This document shows positions 39,000 to 51,346 of a stretch of 64,000 nt of DNA, piece by piece. The DNA is taken from the NCBI GenBank assembly GCA_013239625.1, contig MU053881.1:7401957-7465956 (forward strand), written 5' to 3'. The notes beneath the pieces were generated by a model. That model saw only the letters and a list, made by a program, of their open reading frames with translations. It was not told the DNA's origin and searched no databases. This stretch comes from Lama guanicoe. Lineage: Eukaryota. Each line of letters starts with the position of its first letter. Position 1 is the first letter of the stretch. The translations under genes were made by a program, and so were the position numbers.

Positions 39000-40163
39000 C
39001 TCCTTCAGCCTCAGTGAGGGCGGAGACTGAGTCTGCCTTGCTGGCCACTGAGCTCCCAGAGCTGAGAACAGGATCTGGCTCCCATGTGAAGTTCAATCAA
39101 TATTTATTGAGCATTAATGAATATTTGTTGAACTGAAGGAACACGGACATGAAGGGCAGGTGTCTCTCTTCTAACTTTTCCCTTGCATTTCTTGAGATCA
39201 CTTGGCGAGATGCTGACCCAGCTTGGCTGTCAATCTTGATTGCAGCCATCAAGTGCCCTGTGACCCTTCAGGATGGATTCTGCCTCATCTGGGGCCCTGC
39301 CATTTGCTGACACGTTTGAAAACAAAAGCTTCTGCAAACAGCAAGTGTTAATAGAGTTTGTACAAGTAGACATATAAGAGGAACACAAACAATATTGGAG
39401 AAAAAGAATGTAATTGCCTGAAGCTCACTTCTCTAGCCCCTGAGCTGGGCTTTGGGGGGGTCTCTCTTCCAGGGAGCAGCAGCACTAGCTGACAGGTCCA
39501 CTTTGGACACAAGTGAAACATGTCTGTTGATATGCGCAAGCCTTTTGCCCGGAGTCACTGGGCAAGGTGTTGACAGCCTCAGCACCAAGGCAACGTCCTG
39601 ACGTTGCATCAGGGAGGGTGAAGGCGATGACCCAGCAGAAGCTTCCGGCAGGGAGGCCAGAGCTCAAACCCGGTGCAAGTCAGCAGCGGGTGAGGCAGGA
39701 GAATGACAGCCAGAGGGAACCAAGCAGGAGGGGCTGTTCCTGCCCCGACCAGGAGAGGGCGAGAATTACAACCGCTACTGAGCACTTTCTCTGTATCAGA
39801 CACTTCTCCAAAAGCTTTACCCACAGTCACCTATTTAATCCTCACACAGTTCTTACGGTGGGCACAATTATTATCATCTCCATTTATAGATGAGGAAACT
39901 GAGGTAGTATAAGATGAAGTGAGTAGCCCAGGGTGACACAGCCAAGAAGGAGACTGAGCCAGGACTCAGCCCCAGGCAGGCTGGCTCCAGAACACACCCG
40001 CCTCCAAACACTGCGTCACACTGCCTCTCACTAATGGATGTGTATTTAGCATCTGCTGCCCCCATTGGATCCTCATAAAAACCTTATAGGTTGCCACAGG
40101 TGAGCCAAAGTGATATTCCCAGCCAACAGGGAGAAAGTTGAGATGCCCATGAGTTTTCTAAAA

Positions 40164-40395
40164 CAGTGATTCTCAACCGGAGACAATTTTGCCCGCAAGG
40201 GAACATGTCAATGTCTGGACACATTTTCGGTTGTCATAATCTGGGGAGGGGGAGTGGATGGGGATCGGAGGAGCTCCTAGCCTCTAGCTGGCAGAGGTGA
40301 GGGACGCTGCTAAGCGTCCTACAGTGCACAGGACAGCCCCGTAACAAGAAGTATCTGGCTCCAAATGTCAATAGCATCAAGGCTGATGAGCCCTG
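40164..40395. mobile_element. MER20 hAT-Charlie element
   Basis: cagtgattctcaacc...caattttgccc...cctacagtgcacaggacagcccc...aaatgtcaatag...ccctg; 8-bp TSD ttctaaaa/ctctaaaa. Confidence 0.85.
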
Positions 40396-43300
40396 CTCTA
40401 AAACATCAAGCCAGGATTCACTGTCTCCTTCCCAGTACTCCTACAGGGGCACATAAACACACACACACACTCTCTCTCTCTCTCACTCGCTTCTACACTA
40501 CACACTCACACACCAGAGTTGGAAGAGAGGCCATATGATGAAACCAAGGGCTGATTTCCCAGCCCCCAACCTCCAATGCAGGGAGTGTCTGGCACTCTGC
40601 TGGATCCTACAGAAAGTTAGAAAAGTCGGGGGAGAGGGGATGGCCCCTGCTCTCCTGGAGCTTTTGCAAAATCTAGTTGAAGAGACAAAATGAACACATA
40701 AGAAATAAGAAGCTGTCTGAAACAGAGGGGCGGGGTGGAGAGCTAAGCTGTGGGCCATGGCAGCTGTGGGCTCTCAGAGGAGAGAGGTGAAGAGAGGCCC
40801 CGTGAAGGAAGTGAGACTGGAGGGAGAAGGAGGGGTGGAGGAAGGGCAAGGGGAAGAACTGGGGTGAGAGTCCCTGAGGAGGTGGGTGGGGAGGGAAGGC
40901 CGCAAGGGCAAGGGGAAGGAGGGGAATCAGTTTGATGGGTGCACGGTCCCAGTGAGGGACAGCAGGGCCATCCGAACGGAGCCCGAGGGTGAGAACCGTG
41001 GGGCCTGGCGCCATGGCCAACGGCAGGGGTCGGGTGCTTGGAGAAGAGTTCAAGGACACCCAGTTATTGCTGTGCTGCTCTCACGGGGTTCAGCCTGCTG
41101 CCAGGGCTGGGGCGGGGTGGGGAGGTGAAGGCAAGATGGGGCAACTCAGTCTACCTGACCCTCGGGAGGCCACCAGACGGTGTAAGAACTCCAACCTCAG
41201 TCCCCTCTCCATCCCCTCAGCTCAGCCCACTCATTCATCCACCCACCCATCCATTCACACCCCCCCCCGCCCCCCGCCCATCCAATCAACAGCTTCTAAC
41301 TGATCTCCTGCTCTGTGCCAGGCCCTCTGGGCTGGAGCAGGACAAGGAACACAGTGTTGCTGTCACAGGATTTTCATTCTCTGGAGGAGCCAGATGTGGC
41401 TGTGAGGGTTAAACAGGATGCCACAAGGGCTTTCTTTATAAGTCTGCGGTGCTGGGAAAAGGTGAGGCAATGTTTTTATTTAGGATGTTGTCAATGACAA
41501 CTCAGATCAGGGGGCTAACTAAGGAACACTGCATGCAGTTCCACTCTTCCAGCTGCTCAGACCAAAACCTGTGGTATCACCTCTGACTACTCTCTTTCCC
41601 TCGTACCCACAGCCAATCTGTGAGGAAACTCCCATTTGCTGCACTTACAACACACACAGCTGAGCACACCTCGCCTCCTCCACTGCTGCCTCCCCGGGTG
41701 GGGCCCCATCATCTCTTGCCTGGGTTATTGTAGTGACTGCCTTACTGACCTCCCTGCTTCCACATTTAATTCCCCTCCACCTCTTAACTGTAAAACTTCT
41801 AGACGAATCCTTTTAAAGGGTAAGACAGAACACCCTGCAATTCTGCTCAACCCTACAATGCCCCACTCCCTTCCATTCAGAGTAAAAGCCAAAGTCCTTG
41901 TAACATGGATCAGGCAGTACTCAATACAACTCTACTCAGAGAACTCATTTCCTACTGTTCTGCCCCCTGGCTTCCTCTATTCTATCCACCCTGGTCCCCC
42001 ACATGTCAGAGAGGCTTCCTCCTTAGGACCTTTGCACTGGCTGACATCCTACCTGGAACACTCTTTCCTGAGACAACTCCGTTACTGCCACCACCAGTGA
42101 GGCAAGCAGCAACATCCCACTTCCTGGGCAAATCCTCATGGTCCAGCTGGCACGAGGCATGCCCCTTTGCTGCAGCCCCGCACACCAGTTGTGGTCTCTC
42201 AAGAGCTGGATTGCTACCACTTAATCCAACCCTGTGTGTGCCTGCTCAGCACTGGCTCTGTTCAGGCTCTATGTTGGATGCTGAGACACGGTGTGTGTGA
42301 GTCACATTGTCCACCAAGGTCCCCTTCACCTTCCCAGTTTAGGCTTGGACCCAAGGGATCACGTATTGTCAGGGGACCTCTGAGTGCCCTGGGGCAATGT
42401 CTGGAGAGGGGTCTGGAAAAGTGTCCACATTGTCAAGTCACATCCCCCTCCTGCCAAGATTCTTTAAATCAATGCAGAAGCTGACAGTGTCCCAGTGCGG
42501 TCACAGGGGCAAGGGATGGATGACTTTCTCCAAGGAGAACCAAAAACCGAGTAAGACTTGAGAAGCTGACAAACTCAGCCTGAGTGCTTTTCAACTCACA
42601 CCGATTAAAGAAAGTGGGAAGAAAGGAGAAAGTACCTATTACAGGAAACATACGTGGTGTCTCTACCCAGGTCCTTCTGGAGCTGGGTGGCGATAAGCAT
42701 TAGAATTCCCCATTTGCAGAACATCTGCTGCAGAACACGGAGTGGGGCACGCATGTTTAATTGTCTATTAAATTAAAGGCCTGGAAGCTTTAAAACAAAC
42801 AAACAAGAAGTCCAAGTACAAAGGTCCAGAAATTAGCAGAATATTATGGTGACTACACCGCCTGTCTCAAAATACAGCAGCAATATAGAGATGCAGATCT
42901 TGGGAGGAAGCAGAGCTTGGCAAATACAGTCTGTCAAGGCTCATTCGAACCCAGACAGTATGGGTGGGGGCAGAACGGCCACTAACTAATGAGGGTCCCA
43001 TAAGCCTAGGGATTAGGACAGTCTCCTTACACGGACTCCAGCAGCCAGCCCAGCAGGCACTCCGACACAATCCCAAATTGCTGAAGGATCAGAAAGCAGG
43101 AGGCCCGGGCACCTCAGAATTGGTGGTAGGAAGGAATCAGATTTCCAATCCATGTGTTTTTGTTGCACCAGACTAATTTCTGCAGGTCAGTCCAAAGACA
43201 AAGTTGGCCTCTATAGCAAAGATACATACACTAAGATCCCTCCAAACATTTCCTTTGGAATTCTTTTTTCCATGGCTTCTCAGAGGCCTTCTGAGAGCAT

Positions 43301-44412
43301 CCAGTTTAAGATGTCTGCCTCCAGTATTCTCATTCATGGAACAAACTTCTCTGTCACATTGACTTTCCCACAAGGTTCTTTTTGTCTTTCCCACTAGATT
43401 ATAAGTTCCAAAAGGACAGGAACCATTTTGGCCAAATTCTAGTAATCTCAAGTGTCTAGCACAGTGCCTGGCACACAGGAAATGCTCAACAAATGTGGAA
43501 GAAAGAAATGGAGAATGAATGAGTGAAAAAGTGAACAAGTCAGTGAGTAAATCACGGTCTCTATCCCTCCTCCCTAACATTACCTTTGGCAACAAGGGCA
43601 GTATAGCCGGAGTTCTGCCCTGGGCATGTTCAGGGTGCATGTTCAGCTCATGCCTCCTACTCAAAGGGTCTGTCTCCACCCACAAATCCTGCCAGATGAG
43701 TGGCAAGCCTCATGATCCCACCCCACAGCCACAGCGGAAAGGACCAGGCAGGGACAGCCCCCTGATCAGAGTGGGGCCCATTCTTAGCCTGGCAATGACC
43801 TCTGACTTGGGTGGCCTTTCTTGAAAAGATGTGTCAGTTCACTTAGATGGTCTCTCTCAGGACTTTGAACAAACCAACACAGAGAGAAGATTCAGAGGAT
43901 GCTTGAACCACAAAGTCATGCCAGGTTGAGGTGGGTGGCATGCTGGGGCCACTGTTATAGTGTTCTCAGAAATATGAGAGTTATGAGGGTGAGGAGAGAA
44001 AGGAGAACAGAGCTGGAAGGTTTAGAGCACGGCAGGAAAGCCGGGAGGAGAGAGGCAGTGGTTTCCAGGGCTCCTCAGTCCAAGGCCCTTCCAGAGGCCT
44101 GGATTTCTGTTTGATTTCTCCTGATGCTTAAAATACACCACTTCTCCTCCTCACATACACATACACACCACACACCTTTTAAGTGAACTGCTTTGAGTTC
44201 TCACTTCTTCCCAGTAAGAAGAGCTTGCGCTGCAAGGGACTCAAGCACCCACTGCCCACGGCAAATCTGTCCATCTCACTGTGGGCCAGCTCTGTCCAGG
44301 GTCCTGGGTTGCAGCAGCATCACCTGCATCCCTGGACCAGGGAGAGGTCTCAAACTCATCCATATTCCCCAATCAAGATGTGGAAGAGACCCCTTCTGAC
44401 TTTTGCAGAGCC

Positions 44413-44620
44413 TGTTACAGATTGAATTGTGCCCCTCCCCACCAAACAAAAGGTGTGTTAAGAGTCCCAGCCCTCAGGAGCTCAGAATGAAACCCTATTT
44501 GGGCATAGTGTCCACTGAGGTAATAAAGTTAAGATGAGGTCATTAGGGTGGGCCCTAATGCAATATGACTGTTGTCCTTATTAAAAGGGAACATTTGGAG
44601 AGAGACACACACACAGGAAG
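44413..44620 (+). mobile_element. Truncated MLT1 (MLT1B/C-like) LTR, 5' half only
   Basis: tgttacagattgaattgtgcccc...aagatgaggtcattagggtgggccctaatgcaatatgactgttgtccttat; breaks off at an inverted repeat. Confidence 0.75.
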
Positions 44621-47600
44621 ATCTTGTGTGTGTGTCTCTCTCTCTAAATTTTTAAAATTATCTTCTTATAGGTGACACAGCTGCACAAAAAATCCACTGC
44701 TCACAGGATGAAGTCCAAACTAATAAGCTTGGCACACAAAGCCCTTCACAATCTGGCTATAATCTACCTCTCCAAGAATTTTTTTTTTCTAATTACACAC
44801 TTCCACTAAAACCAAAGCAGACTATTTACCTATTTATTGTTTGTCCCCAGTGCTGCACACATGCCAACCTCCTGTCTTTGCCTATGATGTTCCTCCTCCC
44901 ACGTCCTCCTAGTGTTGTGCAAAGAGCCTGGTGTCTGAAGTCAACAGAATTTAAGGCCCAGCCCAAGTAATTTCAAGTTATGTCAACTCTAGAACCTGTA
45001 AGATGAGAATAACAATAGATGTTCTGAAGCCAAGCAAAGATACTGCATGAGAATGGGACTTATAAACCATAAAATAGTACACTTACTCTTGTAAGGCCTG
45101 ACTGTCCTGAACCTGGCATTAGGGTGCGTTACCCTCGGTCTCTCTCAGCTCCGGAACTGTTAAGTAACCCCCTTGTCCTCAGTCGCTAACTTTCGTTGAC
45201 CCAGTCTCATCATTACTATGTGCTTTTTTATGCATTACCCCATTCAATCCTCGCAACAATCTCGGGAGATCCATATTATCATTATGACCCCTACTTCATA
45301 GATGAGGAAACAAGTCCAGATTTGAACTCACAGCCCAAGCCTCTGAACTTACGCATATCTCCTCAAAGGCTGTGTCTTTTTTTACATCATAGCTACGTTG
45401 TCTTGTCTGTGTAAACTCCTCTCCCCACCCGAAGGTCCTCTCTGCAACTCGAATGCATCACATTTTAAGGCTCCATCAAGGAAGTAAAGAGAGCCTGACC
45501 AGGGATCTACATGAGGGTCCCTCTGGCTGCCCGCCAGACAGTAAGATGAAAAAGAAGCCAAGAAGTTCTGGTAATGAAGCTGCCCCCAGAAAAGCCAGCC
45601 CTCCAGAAAAACAGACACCAGAAGCCCTTGTCAATTAGGCCAGAGGAAGGGTGGCTAAACACTACCCGTACCGAAGAGGAAACCAAATGGGAAAGCCAAG
45701 CTCAGGTTTCCCTTGAGTCAGGCTGGCTGGGACTCCGGAGATACTCCAAGAACCCCCTAATCCTTTACATGGCTCTCACTCCTTTTCTTTCTCCAAGCCC
45801 CTGTACGCGTTATCTCAAATGTGCTTGAAAAGAACGCCTTGAGATAGAAAAGTATTTGTATCTAGACTTGCAATGTGCAAATTAGAGCACAAACCTGTCT
45901 GCAAATGGTGATGGTGTCAGAACTAGAACTCAGACTTCTTACTCTCAGGCCACTGCTCTTTCTTCTAGGTGATTCCAGTTCCCTGTCTCACCATAACCTA
46001 AGCCTTGCTTTTCCCTTCCATCTACCCATCATCTGCAGAGGAGGGCTGGAGCTTTACCTTCCCTACTTCTGACATTCATCTGCAGAGGAAAAGAAACCCC
46101 TTGATGAGCAGACACCTGCTAAGTGCTCTCTGGCTCCCCCAAAGGTCACAGACATTTTGACCTCCTCCCTAAAATAGAATTTTCGTAGGTAGGCGTGAAA
46201 AACGTCAGTTATACCATCAGAAGAAGCCTCTGGGCCGAGGGCCTGACAGAGTTCCTGGTCACTGAGCACACAGGTGGGATTTCCTCTGCTAGGGAGGGTG
46301 AGAACCCGAGTCTATCCCACCCTCTGATGTCATGTCCTGAACTGGGCCCCCATGCAGAGGATAAAGTCTAAAAGTAATCATTGATAACATTGAGTGAGGA
46401 TTTATACAATTGTCATTCTAGGCACTTTATGTGATTAACCCGTTTCATCCTCCCACAACCCTGGGAAGCAGATGTGGTTATCACCCCCATTACACAGACA
46501 AGGAAACTGAGGCCTGGAGAGAGTAAGTAACTTGTGTAAGTCACAGGGCTGGGAAGCTTTGGAAGCTGAAACCCAAGAGCAGGCACCAGAGCCCATGACC
46601 TTCACACCACAGCGGAAATGCACTGCAGCCCTTCGGATGGAGGGTGGGTCTTCCACCACACGCAGTCTCCCCCATTAACTGCCCTAGTTACCCTGGACCA
46701 CCAATACCATCCCTTGTCTGCCACCCAGGCACCTTTGCTCTTCTGTCTAGTCAGTCTCCTTCCACGCTGGTTTCAGCATAAATCTCATGTCCCTCCTCTG
46801 CTCAGAAGTCCTCTGTGGCTCCCCATTGCCAACATGGAAAAAGTCTCAACTTCTTCGCCTGTCATTCACAGCCTTCTAAAATGTGGCTTCAACTTACTCC
46901 AACTTACTCCCTTCAATGCATCTTCCCCTCAAGGCAAAAGGAGTTACAGCTCCTCTCTCCTGGATATGCTCTTTTTACCTCCGATACTCCCTTCATGTCC
47001 AGCTTTCATCTCCTAGACTCCATTGGTCCCTCCACCTATAATGGCCTGCTCCATTTATCAGTACCCATCTTCCCCTGAGAAAGGTTTCAGCCTGATATCC
47101 CCAGTTGGAAGGGCCAGAGTTAGAAAGGCTTTGTAGTTCAAAAGTTATCGAGTCTAGTTCAAACTTCCCATTTTATAGATGGGGAAACTGAGCCCCCTTG
47201 AGGGCACGGATTATTATTTGTTCTCTGGATAGGGACCATTATCTTAAAACACTCCATGGTGCCTGGAGACTAGTGAATGGATGCATAAAGCATTGAGACC
47301 TCCAGGGCAGCGTCCTTCCAGCAGTAGCCTTGGGAGCCCCCTATCGGATCACTCTTGGTCTTCCAACATCTGACCTGTTCAATCCTCATCTCCGAGGGTG
47401 GTGCCTCCTCTCTGCCTGAGTAGCAAGCCACAGAGTGGTTTTTAAATTCACACGTATTTGAAACCCACAGGCAATCTATCGGGATTGCACCACCAGTGCC
47501 ACTGAGTAGAAAGAGTCCCAGTACCTGAAGCCTCCCTTCCCCCAGCCACCACTTCCGCCCCCGAGCTTGAGGCAGAGGCCTCTGGGCGCTTAGGTGGCTG

Positions 47601-48215
47601 AAGCTGAGGAGCGAGGCTGGCTTCTTGGAGATCCCCACATAACCTGGCAGGAGCTTTTTCTCTCCGGAGGGTCTCTGGGGCTGAGCGGAGGACCCTGCCC
47701 TCCAGCGCTATGCCCCAAGCCTGCACTGCCCTCCGGACGCTCTGCCAAATCAGGGGTCATCTGACCCAGAAGGAACAGGCAGGGGAAGCAGGCAGATGGG
47801 TGTCGCTTCGGACAGGCATTCTGGGCCACGCAAGACCCAGCCAGGAGAGGGAAGGATGCTCCCTCTAAGAGGTCAAGTCTCCAGATGAGGTGAGGGAGTC
47901 CTGGGAAAGCCGGAGCCCAACACACAGAGCTAGGCTGCCAAGTGTTCTGCTGGCCCCGTCTAAGAAACGCTAAGTGTTTGGAGACAGGAGGCAGCCCCCG
48001 TGGGGAGCAGGAGAGGGAGCAGGAGAGGGAGCAGGCTGGGCACGGCTGCTGGGTGGGGTGCCCACCTTCTCTTCCCCTGCCTCCCCGCTCCCGCCCAGCT
48101 GGCCCTACAGCAGGCTGAGTCAGTGCTCTGCGCCACTGGCCCCACAGCATCTTCCTGTGTGGTCCTCTGGCCACCTGCCCTTCTCTCTGTTGAGGACCCC
48201 CATGCCCACACCTAC

Positions 48216-48258
48216 CCACGCCGTGTCGCTCCTTGTCAGTTTTACGCCAGGGGGCCAT
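48216..48258 (-). CDS. DOCK2: DOCK2 coding exon 1 (MAPWRKTDKERHGV + 1 nt)
   Basis: ATG at 48258-48256 in strong Kozak context GCCATGG; peptide matches the known DOCK2 N-terminus; donor G|GTAGGT at 48215; 43 nt, phase 1. Confidence 0.97.
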
Positions 48259-48430
48259 GGCTGGGCCGGGGGTCCTGCAAGCACCTCGCGTTGTCCTGAG
48301 GGGAAGCAGCCAGGGGGTGGCTAGGCGCTCTGCCGGGCCCCACTTCCTTCCTCTTTTCAAACTCTCTCTCAGGGCCCGCCCTCCCCGAGGCGCCCCGCTC
48401 CTCCTCCTCCTTCCCTTTGGGCAGGGGCAC
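48259..48430 (-). promoter_or_regulatory. DOCK2: DOCK2 5'UTR and proximal promoter: GC-rich, TATA-less, tandem ETS/PU.1 site and GC box
   Basis: GAAAAGAGGAAGGAAGTG on the minus strand (48341-48358) has two GGAA cores resembling the PU.1 consensus; GGGAGGGCGGG at about 48375-48385; elevated CpG; the TSS itself cannot be placed from sequence. Confidence 0.75.
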
Positions 48431-48864
48431 AGCAGAAGGCTAGTGGCTAGAAAGCCAGAAGGCCACCCCGCAAATTTTGGGGACCACCCCCAACTTGTGT
48501 CCTCCCCAGGCAAGACAACAGAGGCCAAGCAGGTACCTGGGGTCACACGGGCCATCATCACAAGTGCAGGAAGTTCCCTGGTAACTGACACTAGTGATTA
48601 AACAGAGCTCCCTCCCACCTAGCTGGACCTTTGGTGTCAGATGTGGGTTCAAACGATGCTTGACAGCTATGCAACTAGGATATTTTTCTAAGCTTCAGTT
48701 TTCTCATCTGTAAAACGGGATACTAGTACCTACTTCACATGATTAATGTAATAATTAGAGAAGACAATGCATGCAGCAGGTGACACATAAGAGTTACTGT
48801 GAGTATTCAAGGAAATAATGCACACAGTAGTTAACATATGAGTTAGATACCCACCTGGAGGGGA

Positions 48865-49035
48865 GGTCATTTGGGGTTTTTATCTTTCTGATGTCACAGA
48901 CCCATTTGAAAATCTGATAGAAGCTCAGGAAACTCTCCCCTAAAAATATACAAGCACAGAGTTTACCAACAATGCCAGGAGGTCGAGGGTGCTCTAACAG
49001 CCAGCAACAGTGGACCCTGGAAAGGAAGTCCTAGA
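48865..49035. mobile_element. MER103-like hAT remnant
   Basis: gtcacagacccatttgaaaatctgatagaagct...ctctcccctaaaaatatac. Confidence 0.55.
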
Positions 49036-49337
49036 GTTAGGCTAATAGAGACATTTCTCAGAAAATGCTCTGGGAACAGATTCTATCAAGGAGCAAAAAT
49101 ATCTTTTTTGACCCACGGTGATAAGACTGAATTAAAGTCTTCCTGAATTTTCTCTCTTTATTCCTAAGTCTCACTACCCCCTTCTGCCTTACACTGGAGA
49201 GTCAGTAAGACAGGTTAGGCAGTGTCACAGCTGACAGGCAGCTATGGCAGACTATTAACTTCATTTTATCTAAAGCTATTTCCTTTTCAGTTTTCTAGCA
49301 GCAGAAATTGGATAGTATTTTTTTTATAGAAAGCATT

Positions 49338-49767
49338 TGAATCAGTCAGGATTCCACCAGAAAAACAGAACCCGCAGGATGTGTATGTGTATCGACTGAT
49401 TGATTGATTGATTGGCTGCAAGGAACTGGGTTAGGTGACTGTGGAGCTGGCGAGGTACGTCTGAAATAATAGGGCAATTTTCCTTTAGGAAGTGCAGGCT
49501 GGAAACTCTCAGGCAGGAGCTGAAGCTGCTGTCCACAGGTAGAATTTCTTCCTTTTCAAGGAAAGCACGGTCAAAGCCTTTCTACAGACTGGATCCTGCC
49601 TTCTCAGATAATCTCGCTGAGGATAATCTCCTTCACATAAAACCAACAAGTTGTAGGTGTTAAGCACGTCCACAAAACGCTGCGACAGAAACACCCAAGT
49701 TGGTGTTTGGTTGAATAATTAGGGTCTATACTCTTATCAAGTTGACTCATAAAACTAACCATCGGCA
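49338..49767 (-). mobile_element. ERVL MLT2-type solo LTR
   Basis: TG...CA termini with near TSD gcatt/gtatt; caagttgactcataaaactaaccatc is the reverse complement of the MLT2 start. Confidence 0.75.
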
Positions 49768-50149
49768 GTATTATAAATTGGACTAAACATTAGAGGTTGG
49801 CAAACTTTTTCTGGAAAAGATCAGATAGTTAATATTCCAGTCTTTGCAGGCCAAGAGGCAAAATCAAGGATATTATGGAGGTACTCACATAACAAGAGAG
49901 AAAACAAGGCTTCCACAATTTTCGTTGATGAAATTCAAAATCTGACACAGGTAATTGAGTATATTCTTTTGTGATACGGGTCTAGTAATGAGAAAAATTA
50001 ATTTGGGGGGATAGATCACATTTCACTTCTTTAGAGTTCAAAGTTAATGCCCTCTTCCATCAAAACTGGCTGCAAATATTCACCTGTTAATGCTAATCTG
50101 TAATGAAATTTTACATTTCATCTTTGAAAATGCCTTTTCCCACAGGTGG

Positions 50150-50788
50150 TGTGTAGTAAAGAATCAATCTTTCCCCAGAAGGGGTCTGGTATTTGTCCTG
50201 AGCTACTGGGAAGTGATCATTTGGAATGTCATGGTTTGCCTGGGGACCTGGGTCACAGTGAACAGTCCAAAAATACGGTTCAGGCTGGGCGCTGCCCATG
50301 CCAGGAAGACCAACAGTATAATGTAGGTGGGGGCTTTGGACTACATGAGATCAGTTGCCCTGGAGGTTGAGATCAACCATGGGGGTAAAGTCTTGCTTAT
50401 ATGATAGAGCCCCAATAAAAACTCTGGACACCAAGGTTTGGGTGAGCTTTCCTGGTCCACAATACTCTACACATATTGCCACACATTGATGCCTGGAAAG
50501 TAAAGCGTCCTGACCGCAGCCTGACTCCACGTGGGGAGGACAACAAAAACGTTTGGCACTTCCCTGGACTCTGCTCAATGTACATCTTCCCTTGGTTGAG
50601 TTAACACTCCATCCTTTTGCAGTAAAAAGCGGTAACTGAGCATAACAATTTCAGCGAGTTCTGTGAATCCTCCTAGGGGATTACTGACCCCAAAGGCAGT
50701 TTGGGAAACTTGCAATTGGTGTCAGAAGTGAGGATGGTCTTGTGGGGACGGTGGGCTCTTTAAATTTTATAGTTGACTAACTCTCACA
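50150..50788 (+). mobile_element. ERVL MER77/MER21-group solo LTR nested in the hAT element
   Basis: TG...CA termini, perfect 5-bp TSD ggtgg (50145-50149, 50789-50793); ccccaataaaaactctggacacc and ttggtgtcagaagtgagg motifs. Confidence 0.8.
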
Positions 50789-51346
50789 GGTGGCTGACAC
50801 TTTCAAAGGAAAGTACTGTCAAATACCAGTATCAATCCATGAACATAAGATTTTATTAAGCATTTTCATTGCTCAGAAGGCATTTATAAAACTCTATTAA
50901 ATATTCTCTTGATGTTTGCCTTTTAGCACACCATTTGTTATGTTGATGGATGTGGAACTGTTGAATGGAGTCTCCTTAACTGCACAGTTAAATGGATTTG
51001 AAATTTAAAAATAACTTTTACACTTGTGTTGAGGTCTGAAAATATTGCTGGAACTGTAGTTTGAGCCTGGAAAGTATGTTCACTGAAATTTGTGTAGGAA
51101 TGGAGATTTCACTTTTGTTTTACTTTTTGACAGCACAGGCAGTTTCTAAAGCTGCTTGATATTGCTTGCAATTTAAACATTTAGCTGTTACTTTATCACA
51201 GTATTCTGCATATAACTATTGTTTTGATTTTTAATTTTGGTTGACTCCATTAAGAAACAGTATGAAGTCTGGAGCAACAGCTAATTTCCAAAGTCATCCA
51301 GTGTTCAGTACTAGTGGTTGAGGGCTATTCTTGTTAAGAAAAAAAA

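Noticed and set aside
48002..48040. GGAGCAGGAGAG short tandem repeat, and any CRISPR-like array
   Set aside because: Fewer than three units and no unique spacers; the sequence is eukaryotic and no repeat-spacer array was seen
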